The notes: generated by a model not told the origin, from the letters alone. A stretch of 64,000 nt of DNA from Eledone cirrhosa (GCA_964016885.1 OZ024741.1:281294001-281358000), one strand, 5' to 3'; shown: positions 37,844 through 53,729, numbered from the stretch's first letter. Program-made: numbers and translations.

Positions 37844-38000
37844 ATATTGTTATACTTTGGGAGGGTCATGTTGCCAATAAGAAACACACGCACCAGTTGC
37901 TTTCACTTCAATTGGCAACATGACCCTCCCAAAGTATAACAATATCGGTTTCAACACACGATTTCAGATAAAGAATCTTGCTAAACAAATTCAGAAACGA
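37844..38000. mobile_element. Fold-back repeat, probably Penelope-like
   Basis: 35-bp perfect inverted arms 37844-37878 and 37911-37945; the extension reads ctgaaatcgtgtgttgaaacc on the minus strand. Confidence 0.65.
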
Positions 38001-38127
38001 AATACATATACATATATATACATATACATATATATACATATATATACATATACATATATATACATATACATATATATATATATACATATATATACATATA
38101 TATACATATACATATATATACATATAC

Positions 38128-38462
<335 letters not shown>

Positions 38463-38591
38463 TATATACATATACATATATATACATATATATATATATC
38501 TACATATATATATATATCTACATATATATATATATCTACATATATATATATCTACATATATATATATATCTACATATATATATATATCTAC

Positions 38592-38638
<47 letters not shown>

Positions 38639-38672
38639 CATATATATATACATATATATACATATATATACA

Positions 38673-38830
<158 letters not shown>

Positions 38831-38843
38831 CATATATATATAC

Positions 38844-38980
<137 letters not shown>

Positions 38981-38995
38981 CATATATATATATAC

Positions 38996-39042
<47 letters not shown>

Positions 39043-39105
39043 CATATACATATATATATATATATACATATATACATATATATATATATACATATATATA
39101 TATAC

Positions 39106-39136
<31 letters not shown>

Positions 39137-39149
39137 CATATATATATAC

Positions 39150-39180
<31 letters not shown>

Positions 39181-39233
39181 CATATATACATATATATATA
39201 CATATATATATACATATATATATACATATATAC

Positions 39234-39264
<31 letters not shown>

Positions 39265-39325
39265 CATATATATATATACATATATACATATATACATATA
39301 TATACATATATACATATATATATAC

Positions 39326-39373
<48 letters not shown>

Positions 39374-39395
39374 ATATATACATATATATATATAC

Positions 39396-39458
<63 letters not shown>

Positions 39459-39555
39459 CACATATATATATACACATATATATATATATACACATATATA
39501 TATACATATATATATACACATATATATATACATATATATATACACATATATATAC

Positions 39556-39587
<32 letters not shown>

Positions 39588-39593
39588 ATATAC

Positions 39594-39638
<45 letters not shown>

Positions 39639-39813
39639 CATATATATATACATATACATATGTATATACATATATATATACATCCATATATATATACATC
39701 CATATACATATATATATATATACATATACATATATATATATACATATATATATATATACATATATATATACATCCATATACATATATATATATACATATA
39801 TATATACATATAC

Positions 39814-39896
<83 letters not shown>

Positions 39897-39905
39897 CATA
39901 TATAC

Positions 39906-39936
<31 letters not shown>

Positions 39937-39949
39937 CATATATATATAC

Positions 39950-39980
<31 letters not shown>

Positions 39981-40041
39981 CATATACATATATATACATA
40001 TATATATATACATATATATATGTATATATATATACATATAT

Positions 40042-40420
40042 AGAGAAGACCCGCCTTGCCAGTAGGCATCTCTAACAAAATACACCCTGTCCCGCCACCA
40101 CCCCCCACCCCATCCACACCACCCCGTTCTATGTAAAGTTATGTTGGTGCCGCGCCATCCAGGCCGAAACAAATGAGATCGTGTAGGTGTCACGACAAAA
40201 AAACACACAGTCCACGCTGTAATGTGGTCGTGTAGGCAACACGGTAAAAACCTCCCAGCCCCACACTGTAAATGTGGTTGGTGTTAGGAAGGGCATCCAG
40301 CTGTAGAAAACCTGCCAGACAGTCCTATGCGAGCAAGACAATCACTCTTGCCTCAAGTGGGACTACCCCCGTCCAAAACCCATGCAACACGGACGTTAAA
40401 CGTTGATGATGATGATGATG

Positions 40421-40422
<2 letters not shown>
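40042..40422 (+). mobile_element. RTE family A 3' end
   Basis: Near-identical to 44046-44458 apart from a short deletion; (gat)n tail; (TA)n on both sides. Confidence 0.9.
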
Positions 40423-40469
<47 letters not shown>

Positions 40470-40593
40470 CATATATATATATACATATATATATATACAT
40501 ATATACATATACATATATACATATACATATATATATATACACATATATATATACCATATATATACACATATATATATACATATATATATATAC

Positions 40594-40628
<35 letters not shown>

Positions 40629-40647
40629 CATATATATATACATATAC

Positions 40648-40680
<33 letters not shown>

Positions 40681-40699
40681 CATATATATATACATATAC

Positions 40700-40772
<73 letters not shown>

Positions 40773-40809
40773 CATATATATATACATATATATATACATA
40801 TATATATAC

Positions 40810-40840
<31 letters not shown>

Positions 40841-40865
40841 CATATATATATACATATATATATAC

Positions 40866-40952
<87 letters not shown>

Positions 40953-40999
40953 CATATATATATATACATATATATATACATATATATATATATAAATAC

Positions 41000-41032
<33 letters not shown>

Positions 41033-41061
41033 CATATATACATACACATATATACATATAC

Positions 41062-41116
<55 letters not shown>

Positions 41117-41535
41117 CATATATATAATATATATACATATATATAATATATATACATATACATATATATACATATACATATATATAATATATATACATAT
41201 ATATACATTATATACGTATATATATCATATATATACATATACGTATATATATATACATATACGTATATATATATACATATATATAATATATATACATATA
41301 TATACACATATATATACATATATATACATATATATATACACATATATATATACATATATATACATATATATATACATATATATACATATATATACATATA
41401 TATATACACATATATATATACATATATATATATATACACATATATACATATATATATACACATATATATATATACATATATATATATACACATATATATA
41501 TACAAATATATACATATATATATACACATATATAC

Positions 41536-41568
<33 letters not shown>

Positions 41569-41624
41569 ACATATATATATATATACATATATATACATAT
41601 ATATATACATATATATATATATAC

Positions 41625-41681
<57 letters not shown>

Positions 41682-41750
41682 CATATATACATATATACAT
41701 ATATACATATATACATATATACATATATATATACATATATACATATATAC

Positions 41751-41783
<33 letters not shown>

Positions 41784-41878
41784 CATATATACATATATAT
41801 ATATATACATATATATATACATATATATATATATATACATATATATATACATATATATATATATACATATATATATAC

Positions 41879-41909
<31 letters not shown>

Positions 41910-42015
41910 CATATACATATATATATATACATATATATATATACATATATATATACATATACATATATATATATACATATATATATACATATACATATAT
42001 ATTATATATACATAT

Positions 42016-42308
42016 ACAGTATTTTCCGTTGTGTTGTAATATAAATATTACACACAGTAGATTATCAGCTCACGTAGAGTTTGCTCGACGGTTCCAGTTG
42101 TAGTTCCAAAAGTAATCCGGAGAAAAATAGAAAGGTTTGAATGGATACAGTTTAGTTGAAATGACAGTAAATAATAACATTGAAATATTGAATGTCTGCA
42201 TAACTAAAAGTTTTGTAGATAGCAGCTGTTTTAGGTTATGTAACTGTTATAAGAAACACGTGTCAATAAATTCCTTTCAACTAAACTGTATCCATTCAAA
42301 CCTTTCTA
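42016..42308. mobile_element. Fold-back repeat, possibly Penelope-like
   Basis: 34-bp perfect inverted arms 42128-42161 and 42275-42308; spacer contains gaaacacgtgtcaataaa (hammerhead stem III-like end plus AATAAA). Confidence 0.55.
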
Positions 42309-42441
42309 TATATATACATATATATATATACATATATATATACATATATATATATATAACATATATATATACATATATATATATACATATATATATATAC
42401 ATATATATATATATAACATATATATATACATATATATATAT

Positions 42442-42641
42442 NNNNNNNNNNNNNNNNNNNNNNNNNNNNNNNNNNNNNNNNNNNNNNNNNNNNNNNNNNN
42501 NNNNNNNNNNNNNNNNNNNNNNNNNNNNNNNNNNNNNNNNNNNNNNNNNNNNNNNNNNNNNNNNNNNNNNNNNNNNNNNNNNNNNNNNNNNNNNNNNNNN
42601 NNNNNNNNNNNNNNNNNNNNNNNNNNNNNNNNNNNNNNNNN
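42442..42641. other. Assembly gap (200 N)
   Basis: Run of N. Confidence 1.
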
Positions 42642-44458
42642 GTAACTATAGAGGCATTAAATTAATCGACCAGGTCATGAAGGTCACGGAAAGAGTAATA
42701 GCGCAGCTAATCAGAGAGAGAATTGACCTAGATGAAATGCAGTTCGGGTTTGTGTCAGGCAAAAGTACCACAGACGCTCTTTTTCATAGTACGACAACTA
42801 CAAGAGAAGTACCTAGCTAAAGGTAAACCCCTCTACTTAGCTTTTGTCGACTTGGAGAAAGCCTTCGACAGAGTCCCCCGCTCCATTATCTGGTGGGCTC
42901 TTAGAAAACTAGGCGTTGACGAATGGCTTGTGAGGGCTATACAAGCCATGTATAAAGAAACAGTCAGCAAGGTTAGAATTAACAACGAATATAGTGAAGA
43001 GTTTAGCGTAAAAGTCGGCGTCCATCAGGGCTCTGTTCTCAGTCCACTACTATTTATTATTGCCCTTCAGGCCATAACAGAGGAGTTCAAGACAGGCTGC
43101 CCATGGGAACTCCTATACGCAGACGACCTGACTCATAGCGGAATCAATGGCCGAGCTAGAGAAGAAATTCCAAACATGGAAGCACGGCCTAGAGTCAAAA
43201 GGACTTAAAATTAACCTGGCTAAGACCAAAGTACTAGTTTGTAGGAAAGAAAACAAGGCGGCGGTCCCTTCTGGAAATGGTCGTGCTCGTGTGTAGGAAA
43301 GGCGTAGGTAGAAACTCCATTTTATGTCCTAAATGCAAAGTATGGGTGCATAAAAGATGTAGTGGGATCACAGGTAGGCTAACTAAGAACATAGATTTTA
43401 CATGTGGCCGGTGCTCTGGTGCAATAAGTAGCAGCAAGTGCCCACAAACTACTAGCTCTTTCAATTGCGCAGAGGGTTCTATAGAAATAGTGGACAGCTT
43501 CCGTTACCTGGGCGATAAAATCAGCAGTGGGGGAGGGTGCTCTGAAAGTACTGTAGCTAGAGTCAGAACTGGTTGAAAAAGTTCAGAGAGCTTATACCAC
43601 TATTAGCTGCTAAAGGGTTCTCACTAAAAATGAAAGGCAGGTTGTACGATGCCTGCATACGAACAGCAATGCTGCATGGCAGTGAGACCTGGGCATTGTG
43701 TGCAGAGGATATACGCAGACTAGAGAGGAACGAAGCTTGCATGCTCCGCTGGATGTGTAACAGTAATATACGTGAACGGCAAAGCATAAACGAACTAAGG
43801 AATAAATTAGAGATAAGAGGGATCAGATGTTGTTTACTCGAGAGAAGGCTACGTTGGTATGGACACGTGATGCGCATGAAAGTCGATAGCTGTATAACAA
43901 AGTGCAGGGCAATAAAGATAGACGGTAGTCACGGAATAGGCAGACCTAGAAAAACCTGGGACGAGCTGATAAACTCCGACATCACACACTTACACCTCTC
44001 CAAGACAATGTCACTGGACCGAGACCTTTGGCGGTACTCAGTAACAGAGAAGACCCGCCTTACCTAAATATATAGTAAAACCTACTCCAGCCAGTAGGCA
44101 TCTCTAACAAATACACCCCGTCCCACCACCCCCACCCGATCCACACCACCCCGTTCTATGTAAAGTTATGTTGGTGCCGCGCCATCGAGGCCGAAACAAA
44201 TGAGATCGTGTAGGTGTCACGACAAAAAAACACACAGTCCACGCTGTAATGTGGCCGTGTAGGCAACACGGTAAAACCTCCCAGACCCACACTGTAAATG
44301 TGGTTGGTGTTAGGAAGGGCATCCAACTGTAGAAAACCTGCCAGACAGTCCTATGCGAGCAAGACAATCACTCTTGCCTCAAGTGGGACTACCCCCGTCC
44401 AAACCCATGCAAGCGTGGAACACGGACGTTAAACGCTGATGATGATGATGATGATGAT
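42642..44458 (+). mobile_element. Young RTE LINE family A (RT, PHD finger, C-terminus, 3' UTR), cut by the gap
   Basis: [87 protein letters not shown]; several single-base frameshifts. Confidence 0.95.
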
Positions 44459-44478
44459 ATACATATATATATATATAC

Positions 44479-44509
<31 letters not shown>

Positions 44510-44660
44510 CATACATATACATATATATACATATACATATATATATATACATATACATATATATATATATACATATATATATACATATATACATATATAT
44601 ATACATATATATATATATAAATATATATATACATATACATATATATACATATATATATAC

Positions 44661-44717
<57 letters not shown>

Positions 44718-44726
44718 CATATATAC

Positions 44727-44757
<31 letters not shown>

Positions 44758-44766
44758 CATATATAC

Positions 44767-44807
<41 letters not shown>

Positions 44808-44876
44808 TACATATATATATACATATACATATATATATTATACATATATATATATATATACATATATAATATATAT

Positions 44877-44907
<31 letters not shown>

Positions 44908-45033
44908 TAATATATATATATACATATATACATATACATATATATATAAATATATACATATATATATATACATATACATATATATATATACATATACATA
45001 TATACATATACATATATATATATATACATATAC

Positions 45034-45420
<387 letters not shown>

Positions 45421-45432
45421 ACATATATATAC

Positions 45433-45541
<109 letters not shown>

Positions 45542-45661
45542 CATATATATATACATACATATATACATACATATATAATATATACATACATATATACATA
45601 CATATATATATACATACATATATATATATACATATATATATAGATACATATATATATATAC

Positions 45662-45692
<31 letters not shown>

Positions 45693-45832
45693 CATAATAT
45701 ATATATATACATATACATACATATATATATATACACATATATATACACATATATATATATACATATATATATATACACATATATATATATACATATATAT
45801 ATATACACATATATATATACATATATATATAT

Positions 45833-46263
45833 CCCAAGATGACTTGGATGAGGTGATAAAAGCCGACCTTACCCAACTACACCTCTCAAAGTCAATGACA
45901 CACAACCGTGACTTCTGGCGTCACGCAGTAATACAGGGTACCCGACCTCCCATGGGTACATGCTGAAGCATATAAACAATATGCCCCCCCCCTCCACCGC
46001 AAGGTGGCCGTGGAGGTGCCACGGCAAAAAAGCACCCAGCCCACACTGTAAAGTGGACGTGTAGGCGCCACGAGAAAGCACCCAGCACTCACTGTAAATG
46101 AGGTTGGTGTTAGGAAGGGCATCCAGCTGTAGAAATCAAGCCAGATCAGTTCCTGTATGAGCAAGGCATGGTCAGCCGACCAGACACTGCCCACAACAGG
46201 ACAACCTGTCTAACCCATGCTAGCGTGGAAGAACGGACGTAAAACGGTGATGATGATGATGAT
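45833..46263 (+). mobile_element. RTE family B 3' end
   Basis: Near-identical to the reverse complement of 51331-51762; (gat)n tail. Confidence 0.9.
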
Positions 46264-46277
46264 ATACATATATATAT

Positions 46278-46326
<49 letters not shown>

Positions 46327-46347
46327 TATATACATATATATATATAC

Positions 46348-46433
<86 letters not shown>

Positions 46434-46454
46434 TATATACATATATATATATAC

Positions 46455-46487
<33 letters not shown>

Positions 46488-46515
46488 CATATATATATAC
46501 ATATATATATATAAC

Positions 46516-46548
<33 letters not shown>

Positions 46549-46549
46549 C

Positions 46550-46604
<55 letters not shown>

Positions 46605-46633
46605 CATATATATATATACATATATATATATAC

Positions 46634-46666
<33 letters not shown>

Positions 46667-46667
46667 C

Positions 46668-46710
<43 letters not shown>

Positions 46711-46747
46711 TATATACATATATATATATACATATATATATATACAT

Positions 46748-46844
<97 letters not shown>

Positions 46845-46940
46845 CATATATATATACATATATATATACATATATATATACATATACATATATATATATA
46901 CATATATATATATACACATATATATTATACATATATACAT

Positions 46941-46983
<43 letters not shown>

Positions 46984-47012
46984 TATATACATATACATAT
47001 ACATATATATAC

Positions 47013-47049
<37 letters not shown>

Positions 47050-47056
47050 TATATAC

Positions 47057-47087
<31 letters not shown>

Positions 47088-47130
47088 CATATATATATAC
47101 ATATATATATATACATACATATATATATAC

Positions 47131-47222
<92 letters not shown>

Positions 47223-47234
47223 ATATACATATAC

Positions 47235-47297
<63 letters not shown>

Positions 47298-47304
47298 CAT
47301 ATAA

Positions 47305-47355
<51 letters not shown>

Positions 47356-47398
47356 CATATAAATATATATATACATATATATATATATATACATATAA

Positions 47399-47429
<31 letters not shown>

Positions 47430-47458
47430 CATATAAATATATATATATATATACATAA

Positions 47459-47491
<33 letters not shown>

Positions 47492-47511
47492 AATATATAT
47501 ATATATACATA

Positions 47512-47583
<72 letters not shown>

Positions 47584-47645
47584 GAAATATATATATATAT
47601 ACATAAATATATATATATATATACATATCCCATATATATATATAT

Positions 47646-47951
47646 CCCCGTTCTATGTAAAGTTATGCTGGTGCCGCGCCATCCAGGCCGAAACAAATGA
47701 GATCGTGTAGGTGTCACGACAAAAAAACACACAGTCCACGCTGTAATGTGGCCGTGTAGGCAACACGGTAAAAACCTCCCAGACCCACACTGTAAATGTG
47801 GTTGGTGTTAGGAAGGGCATCCAACTGTAGAAAACCTGCCAGACAGTCCTATGCGAGCAAGACAATCACTCTTGCCTCAAGTGGGACTACCCCCCGTCCA
47901 AACCCATGCAAGCGTGGAACACGGACGTTAAACGTTGATGATGATGATGAT
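47646..47951 (+). mobile_element. RTE family A 3' UTR
   Basis: Near-identical to 49905-50221. Confidence 0.9.
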
Positions 47952-47959
47952 ACATATAT

Positions 47960-48006
<47 letters not shown>

Positions 48007-48053
48007 AATATATATATATACATATATATATATATAAATATATATATATACAT

Positions 48054-48256
48054 AACGAAGGAAATGTGGTAAGGAACCAGGTGGACCATAACGCACCAAA
48101 GTACTCAATACTTGAGGTAGTAGAGTGGGTAATAGGAACCAGTAAGACCCCGACAGCTGAGCTCAAGCCGTTTCGACGGCTAATTCTGGACTCTGAGTCC
48201 AGAATTAGCCGTCGAAACGGCTTGAGCTCAGCTGTCGGGGTCTTACTGGTTCCTAT
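48054..48256. repeat. Perfect 125-bp palindrome with a 5' extension (probable Penelope-like fold-back)
   Basis: Arms 48132-48193 and 48195-48256 are exact reverse complements with a 1-nt loop; they contain cgtttcg/cgaaacg; the extension has agtactcaatac. Confidence 0.9.
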
Positions 48257-48540
48257 ATATATACATATAATATATATATATACATATAATATATATATAT
48301 ACATATAATATATATATATACATATAATATATATATATACATATAATATATATATATACATATAATATATATATATACATATAATATATATATATACATA
48401 TAATATATATATATACATATAATATATATATACATATAATATATATATATATATACATATAATATATATATACATATATATATATATATACATATAATAT
48501 ATATATATATATACATATAATATATATATATATATACATA

Positions 48541-48726
48541 TAATTGTTTCTACTTTAGGCACAAGGCCAGCAATTACCCAGTGCATTACTGGTACTTTAT
48601 TTTATCGACCCCGTAAGGATGAAAGGCAAAGTCAACCTCGGCGGGATTTGAACTCAGATCGTAAAGGGACGTAACTATGCTGGAAAGCATGGCGTCCGAC
48701 CCTCTACCGATACTGCCAATCCACCG
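48541..48726 (-). mobile_element. Young full-length SINE family 1 copy (short subfamily)
   Basis: A-box TGGCAGTATCGG, B-box GAGTTCAAATCC, body and tail intact with CpGs retained; (TA)n flanks. Confidence 0.9.
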
Positions 48727-48770
48727 ATATATATATAATATATATATATATATACATATAATATATATAT

Positions 48771-48804
<34 letters not shown>

Positions 48805-48984
48805 ATATATATATATATATAATATATATATATATATATACATATAATATATATATATATATATACATATAATATATATATATATATATACATATAATAT
48901 ATATATATATATATACATATAATATATATATATATATATACATATAATATATATATATATATACATATAATATATATATATATA

Positions 48985-50221
48985 TTGTAGGAAAGAAAAC
49001 AAGGCGGCGGTCCCTTCTGGGAAATGGTCGTGTTCGGTGTGTAGGAAAGGCGTAGGTAGAAACTCCATTTTATGTCCTAAATGCAAAGTATGGGTGCATA
49101 AAAGATGTAGTGGGATCACAGGTAAGCTAACTAAGAACATAGATTTTACATGTGGCCGGTGCTCTGGTGCAATAAGTAGCAGCAAGTGCCCACAAACTAC
49201 TAGCTCTTTCAATTGCGCAGAGGGTTCTATAGAAATAGTGGACAGCTTCCGTTACCTGGGCGATAAAATCAGCAGTGGGGGAGGGTGCTCTGAAAGTACT
49301 GTAGCTAGAGTCAGAACTGGTTGGAAAAAGTTCAGAGAGCTTATACCACTATTAGCTGCTAAAGGGTTCTCACTAAAAATGAAAGGCAGGTTGTACGATG
49401 CCTGCATACGAACAGCAATGCTGCATGGCAGTGAGACCTGGGCATTGTGTGCAGAGGATATACGCAGACTAGAGAGGAACGAAGCTTGTATGCTCCGCTG
49501 GATGTGTAACAGTAATATACGTGAACGGCAAAGCATAAACGAACTAAGGAAAAAATTAGAGATAAGAGGGATCAGATGTTGTTTACTCGAGAGAAGGCTA
49601 CGTTGGTATGGACACGTGATGCGCATGAAAGTCGATAGCTGTATAACAAAGTGCAGGGCAATAAAGATAGACGGTAGTCACGGAATAGGCAGACCTAGAA
49701 AAACCTGGGACGAGCTGATAAACTCCGACATCACACACTTACACCTCTCCAAGACAATGTCACTGGACCGAGACCTTTGGCGGTACTCAGTAACAGAGAA
49801 GACCCGCCTTACCTAAATATATAGTAAAACCTACTCCAGCCAGTAGGCATCTCTAACAAAATACACCCCGTCCCACCACCACCACCCCCACCCGATCCAC
49901 ACCACCCCGTTCTATGTAAAGTTATGTTGGTGCCGCGCCATCGAGGCCGAAACAAATGAGATCGTGTAGGTGTCACGACAAAAAAACACACAGTCCACGC
50001 TGTAATGTGGCCGTGTAGGCAACACGGTAAAAACCTCCCAGACCCACACTGTAAATGTGGTTGGTGTTAGGAAGGGCATCCAACTGTAGAAAACCTGCCA
50101 GACAGTCCTATGCGAGCAAGACAATCACTCTTGCCTCAAGTGGGACTACCCCCGTCCAAACCCATGCAAGCGTGGAACACGGACGTTAAACGTTGATGAT
50201 GATGATGATGATGATGATGAT
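48985..50221 (+). mobile_element. Young RTE family A, 5'-truncated, with intact 3' ORF2 portion (49037-49816)
   Basis: 259-aa ORF with a PHD-type finger, FRYLG, LHGSETW and [12 protein letters not shown]; near-identical to 43239-44458. Confidence 0.95.
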
Positions 50222-50517
50222 ACATATAATATATATATATATATATACATATAATATATATATATATATATACATATAATATATATATATATATATACAT
50301 ATAATATATATATATATATATTCGTATAATATATATATATATATATACGTATAATATATATATATATATATACATATAATATATATATATATATATACAT
50401 ATAATATATATATATATATATACATATAATATATATATATATATATACATATAATATATATATATATATACATATAATATATATATATATATACATATAA
50501 TATATATATATATATAT

Positions 50518-50633
50518 ACCTTACCCAACTACACCTCTCAAAGTCAATGACACACGACCGTGACTTCTGGCGTCACGCAGTAATACAGGGTACCCGACCT
50601 CCCATGGGTACATGCTGAAGCATATAAACAATA

Positions 50634-50665
<32 letters not shown>

Positions 50666-50941
50666 CCGCAAGGTGGTCGTGGAGGTGCCACGGCAAAAAA
50701 GCACCCAGCCCACACTGTAAAGTGGACGTGTAGGCGCCACGAAAAAGCACCCAGCACTCACTGTAAATGAGGTTGGTGTTAGGAAGGGCATCCAGCTGTA
50801 GAAATCAAGCCAGATCAGTTCCTGTATGAGCAAGGCATGGTCAGCCGACCAGACACTGCCCACAACAGGACAACCCGTCTAACCCATGCTAGCGTGGAAG
50901 AACGGACGTAAAACGGTGATGATGATGATGATGATGATGAT
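50518..50941 (+). mobile_element. RTE family B 3' end
   Basis: Near-identical to 45867-46263, with a longer poly-C tract. Confidence 0.9.
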
Positions 50942-51204
50942 ACATATAATATATATATATATATACATATAATATATATATATATATACATATAATATAT
51001 ATATATATATACATATAATATATATATATATACATATATAAATATATATATATAATATATATATATATATACATATAATATATATATATATATACATATA
51101 ATATATATATATATACATATATAAATATATATATATAAATATATATATATAAATATATATATATATAAATATAAATATATATATATAAATATATATATAT
51201 AAAT

Positions 51205-51235
<31 letters not shown>

Positions 51236-51330
51236 AATATATATAAATATATATATATAAATATATAAATATATATATATATAAATATATATATATAAAT
51301 ATATATATATAAATATATATAAATAAATAT

Positions 51331-52272
51331 ATCATCATCATCACCGTTTTACGTCCGTTCTTCCACGCTAGCATGGGTTAGACGGGTTGTCCTGTTGTGG
51401 GCAGTGTCTGGTCGGCTGACCATGCCTTGCTCATACAGGAACTGATCTGGCTTGATTTCTACAGCTGGATGCCCTTCCTAACACCAACCTCATTTACAGT
51501 GAGTGCTGGGTGCTTTTTCGTGGCGCCTACACGTCCACTTTACAGTGTGGGCTGGGTGCTTTTTTGCCGTGGCACCTCCACGACCACCTTGCGGTGGGGG
51601 GGGGGGGGGCATATTGTTTATATGCTTCAGCATGTACCCATGGGAGGTCGGGTACCCTGTATTACTGCGTGACGCCAGAAGTCACGGTCGTGTGTCATTG
51701 ACTTTGAGAGGTGTAGTTGGGTAAGGTCGGCCTTTATCACCTCATCCCAAGTCATCTTGGGTCTCCCCACTCCGCGGTTTCCATCAACTTCTAGTGCTCT
51801 GCACCTTTTTATGCAGCTGTCATCCTTCATACGCATCACATGTCCATACCAGCGTAACCGCCTCTCCTGCACGCAGCATTTGATTCCTCTTATGCTCAGT
51901 CTCTCTCTCAATTCATTTATGCTTTGTCGTTCACGTATATTACTGTTACACATCCATCGGAGCATGCAGGCTTCGTTTCTCTCTAATCTACGTAAGTCTT
52001 CCACCTTCAGCGCCCAGGTCTCACTACCATGCAACATCGCTGTTCGGATACACGCATCATACAGTCTGCCTTTCATTCTGAGGGAGAAGCCTTTTGCAGC
52101 TAGCAGTGGTAGTAGTTCCCTAAACTTCTTCCATCCCGTTCTTACCCTAGTTATTGTACTTTCTGAGCACCCACCTCCGTTGCTAATTCGGTCACCTAGG
52201 TAGCAGAAGCTGTCTACTGTTTCTACAGGGCCCTCCCAGAGATTGGTGGTACTTGTTTCCTGTGGCTGTTTG
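51331..52272 (-). mobile_element. Young RTE family B, 5'-truncated
   Basis: [24 protein letters not shown]...[12 protein letters not shown]...[14 protein letters not shown] (51627-52076) plus 3' UTR and (gat)n tail. Confidence 0.95.
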
Positions 52273-52297
52273 CTATATATATAAATATATATAAATA

Positions 52298-52333
<36 letters not shown>

Positions 52334-52350
52334 AATATATATAAATATAT

Positions 52351-52399
<49 letters not shown>

Positions 52400-52414
52400 A
52401 ATATATATATATAA

Positions 52415-52463
<49 letters not shown>

Positions 52464-52488
52464 AATATATATATATAAATATATATAT

Positions 52489-53367
52489 AAAGAAAAGAGG
52501 ACAAAACCCTGATTCCGTCAGGGAAATGGCCATGTTCGATATGCAGAAAAGGAACTGGCATAAATTCTATAAAATGCACACAATGTAGGTCCTGGGTACA
52601 CAAGAGATGTAGCGGGATAGCAGGCAAACTAACAGGTAGGGAAAAATATGTATGCAGTAGATGTACAGGGAAATTAGACAGTAGAAGTCGCACTGATAGA
52701 CACATTTTTCAAATGCGAGAGGGCGCTATAGAAGTGGTGGATAGCTTCCGGTACCTAGGAGATCAGATTAGCATGGGAGGAAGGTGTTCCGAGGCCATAG
52801 TATCTAGAATAAGGACGGGTTGGAAGAAGTTTAGGGAGCTGCTTCCTCTGTTGACGAAGAAGGGTTTCTCCCTGCGTACGAAAGGCCGGTTGTATGATGC
52901 CTGTGTGAGGAGCGCGATGCTGCATGGTAGTGAGACATGGGCAGCTACCGCAGAAGATATGCGACGGCTGGAGAGAAATGAGGCAAGCATGCTCCGTTGG
53001 ATGTGCAGTGTAAATGTGCGTGAACGACCCAGCATAAATGTGTTGAGAGAGAAACTGTGTCTGAGAGGGATAGAATGTAGTGTACGGGAGAGGAGACTGA
53101 GGTGGTATGGACATGTGATGCGCATGGAGGATGACCGATGGGTGAAGAAGTGCCAGGAAATGCCAGTTGAAGGAAGACGTAGTAGAGGTAGACCACGAAA
53201 AACATGGGCGGAGGTGGTGAGAACAGACCTCAGATCATTGAAGCTCACGGTGGAGATGACAAGGGACCGTGACGAGTGGAGAGATGCTGTGCTGAATAAG
53301 ACCCGTCCCACCCTTGCAAGCAGGGAAAAGCGGACGTAAAATGATGATGATGATGATGATGATGATA
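52489..53367 (+). mobile_element. Young RTE family C, 5'-truncated, with almost no 3' UTR
   Basis: [30 protein letters not shown]...[28 protein letters not shown]; the stop codon is followed directly by (gat)n. Confidence 0.95.
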
Positions 53368-53374
53368 TAAATAT

Positions 53375-53427
<53 letters not shown>

Positions 53428-53624
53428 CATATAAATGTATATATATATATATACATATAAATGTATATATATATATACATATAAATGTATATATATATAT
53501 ACATATAAATGTATATATATATATATATATAAATGTATATATATATATATATATATAAATGTATATAAATGTATATATATATATAAATGTATATATATAT
53601 ATATATATATAAATGTATATATAT

Positions 53625-53665
<41 letters not shown>

Positions 53666-53729
53666 TGTGTGTGTGTGTGTATCAAAGAAACAAAAAAAAA
53701 CAAACAAACAAACAAGAGGATGTATTAAC

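Noticed and set aside
50636-50664. Long poly-C tract (G-quadruplex candidate)
   Set aside because: Length varies among sister RTE-B copies; explained by homopolymer slippage or sequencing error.
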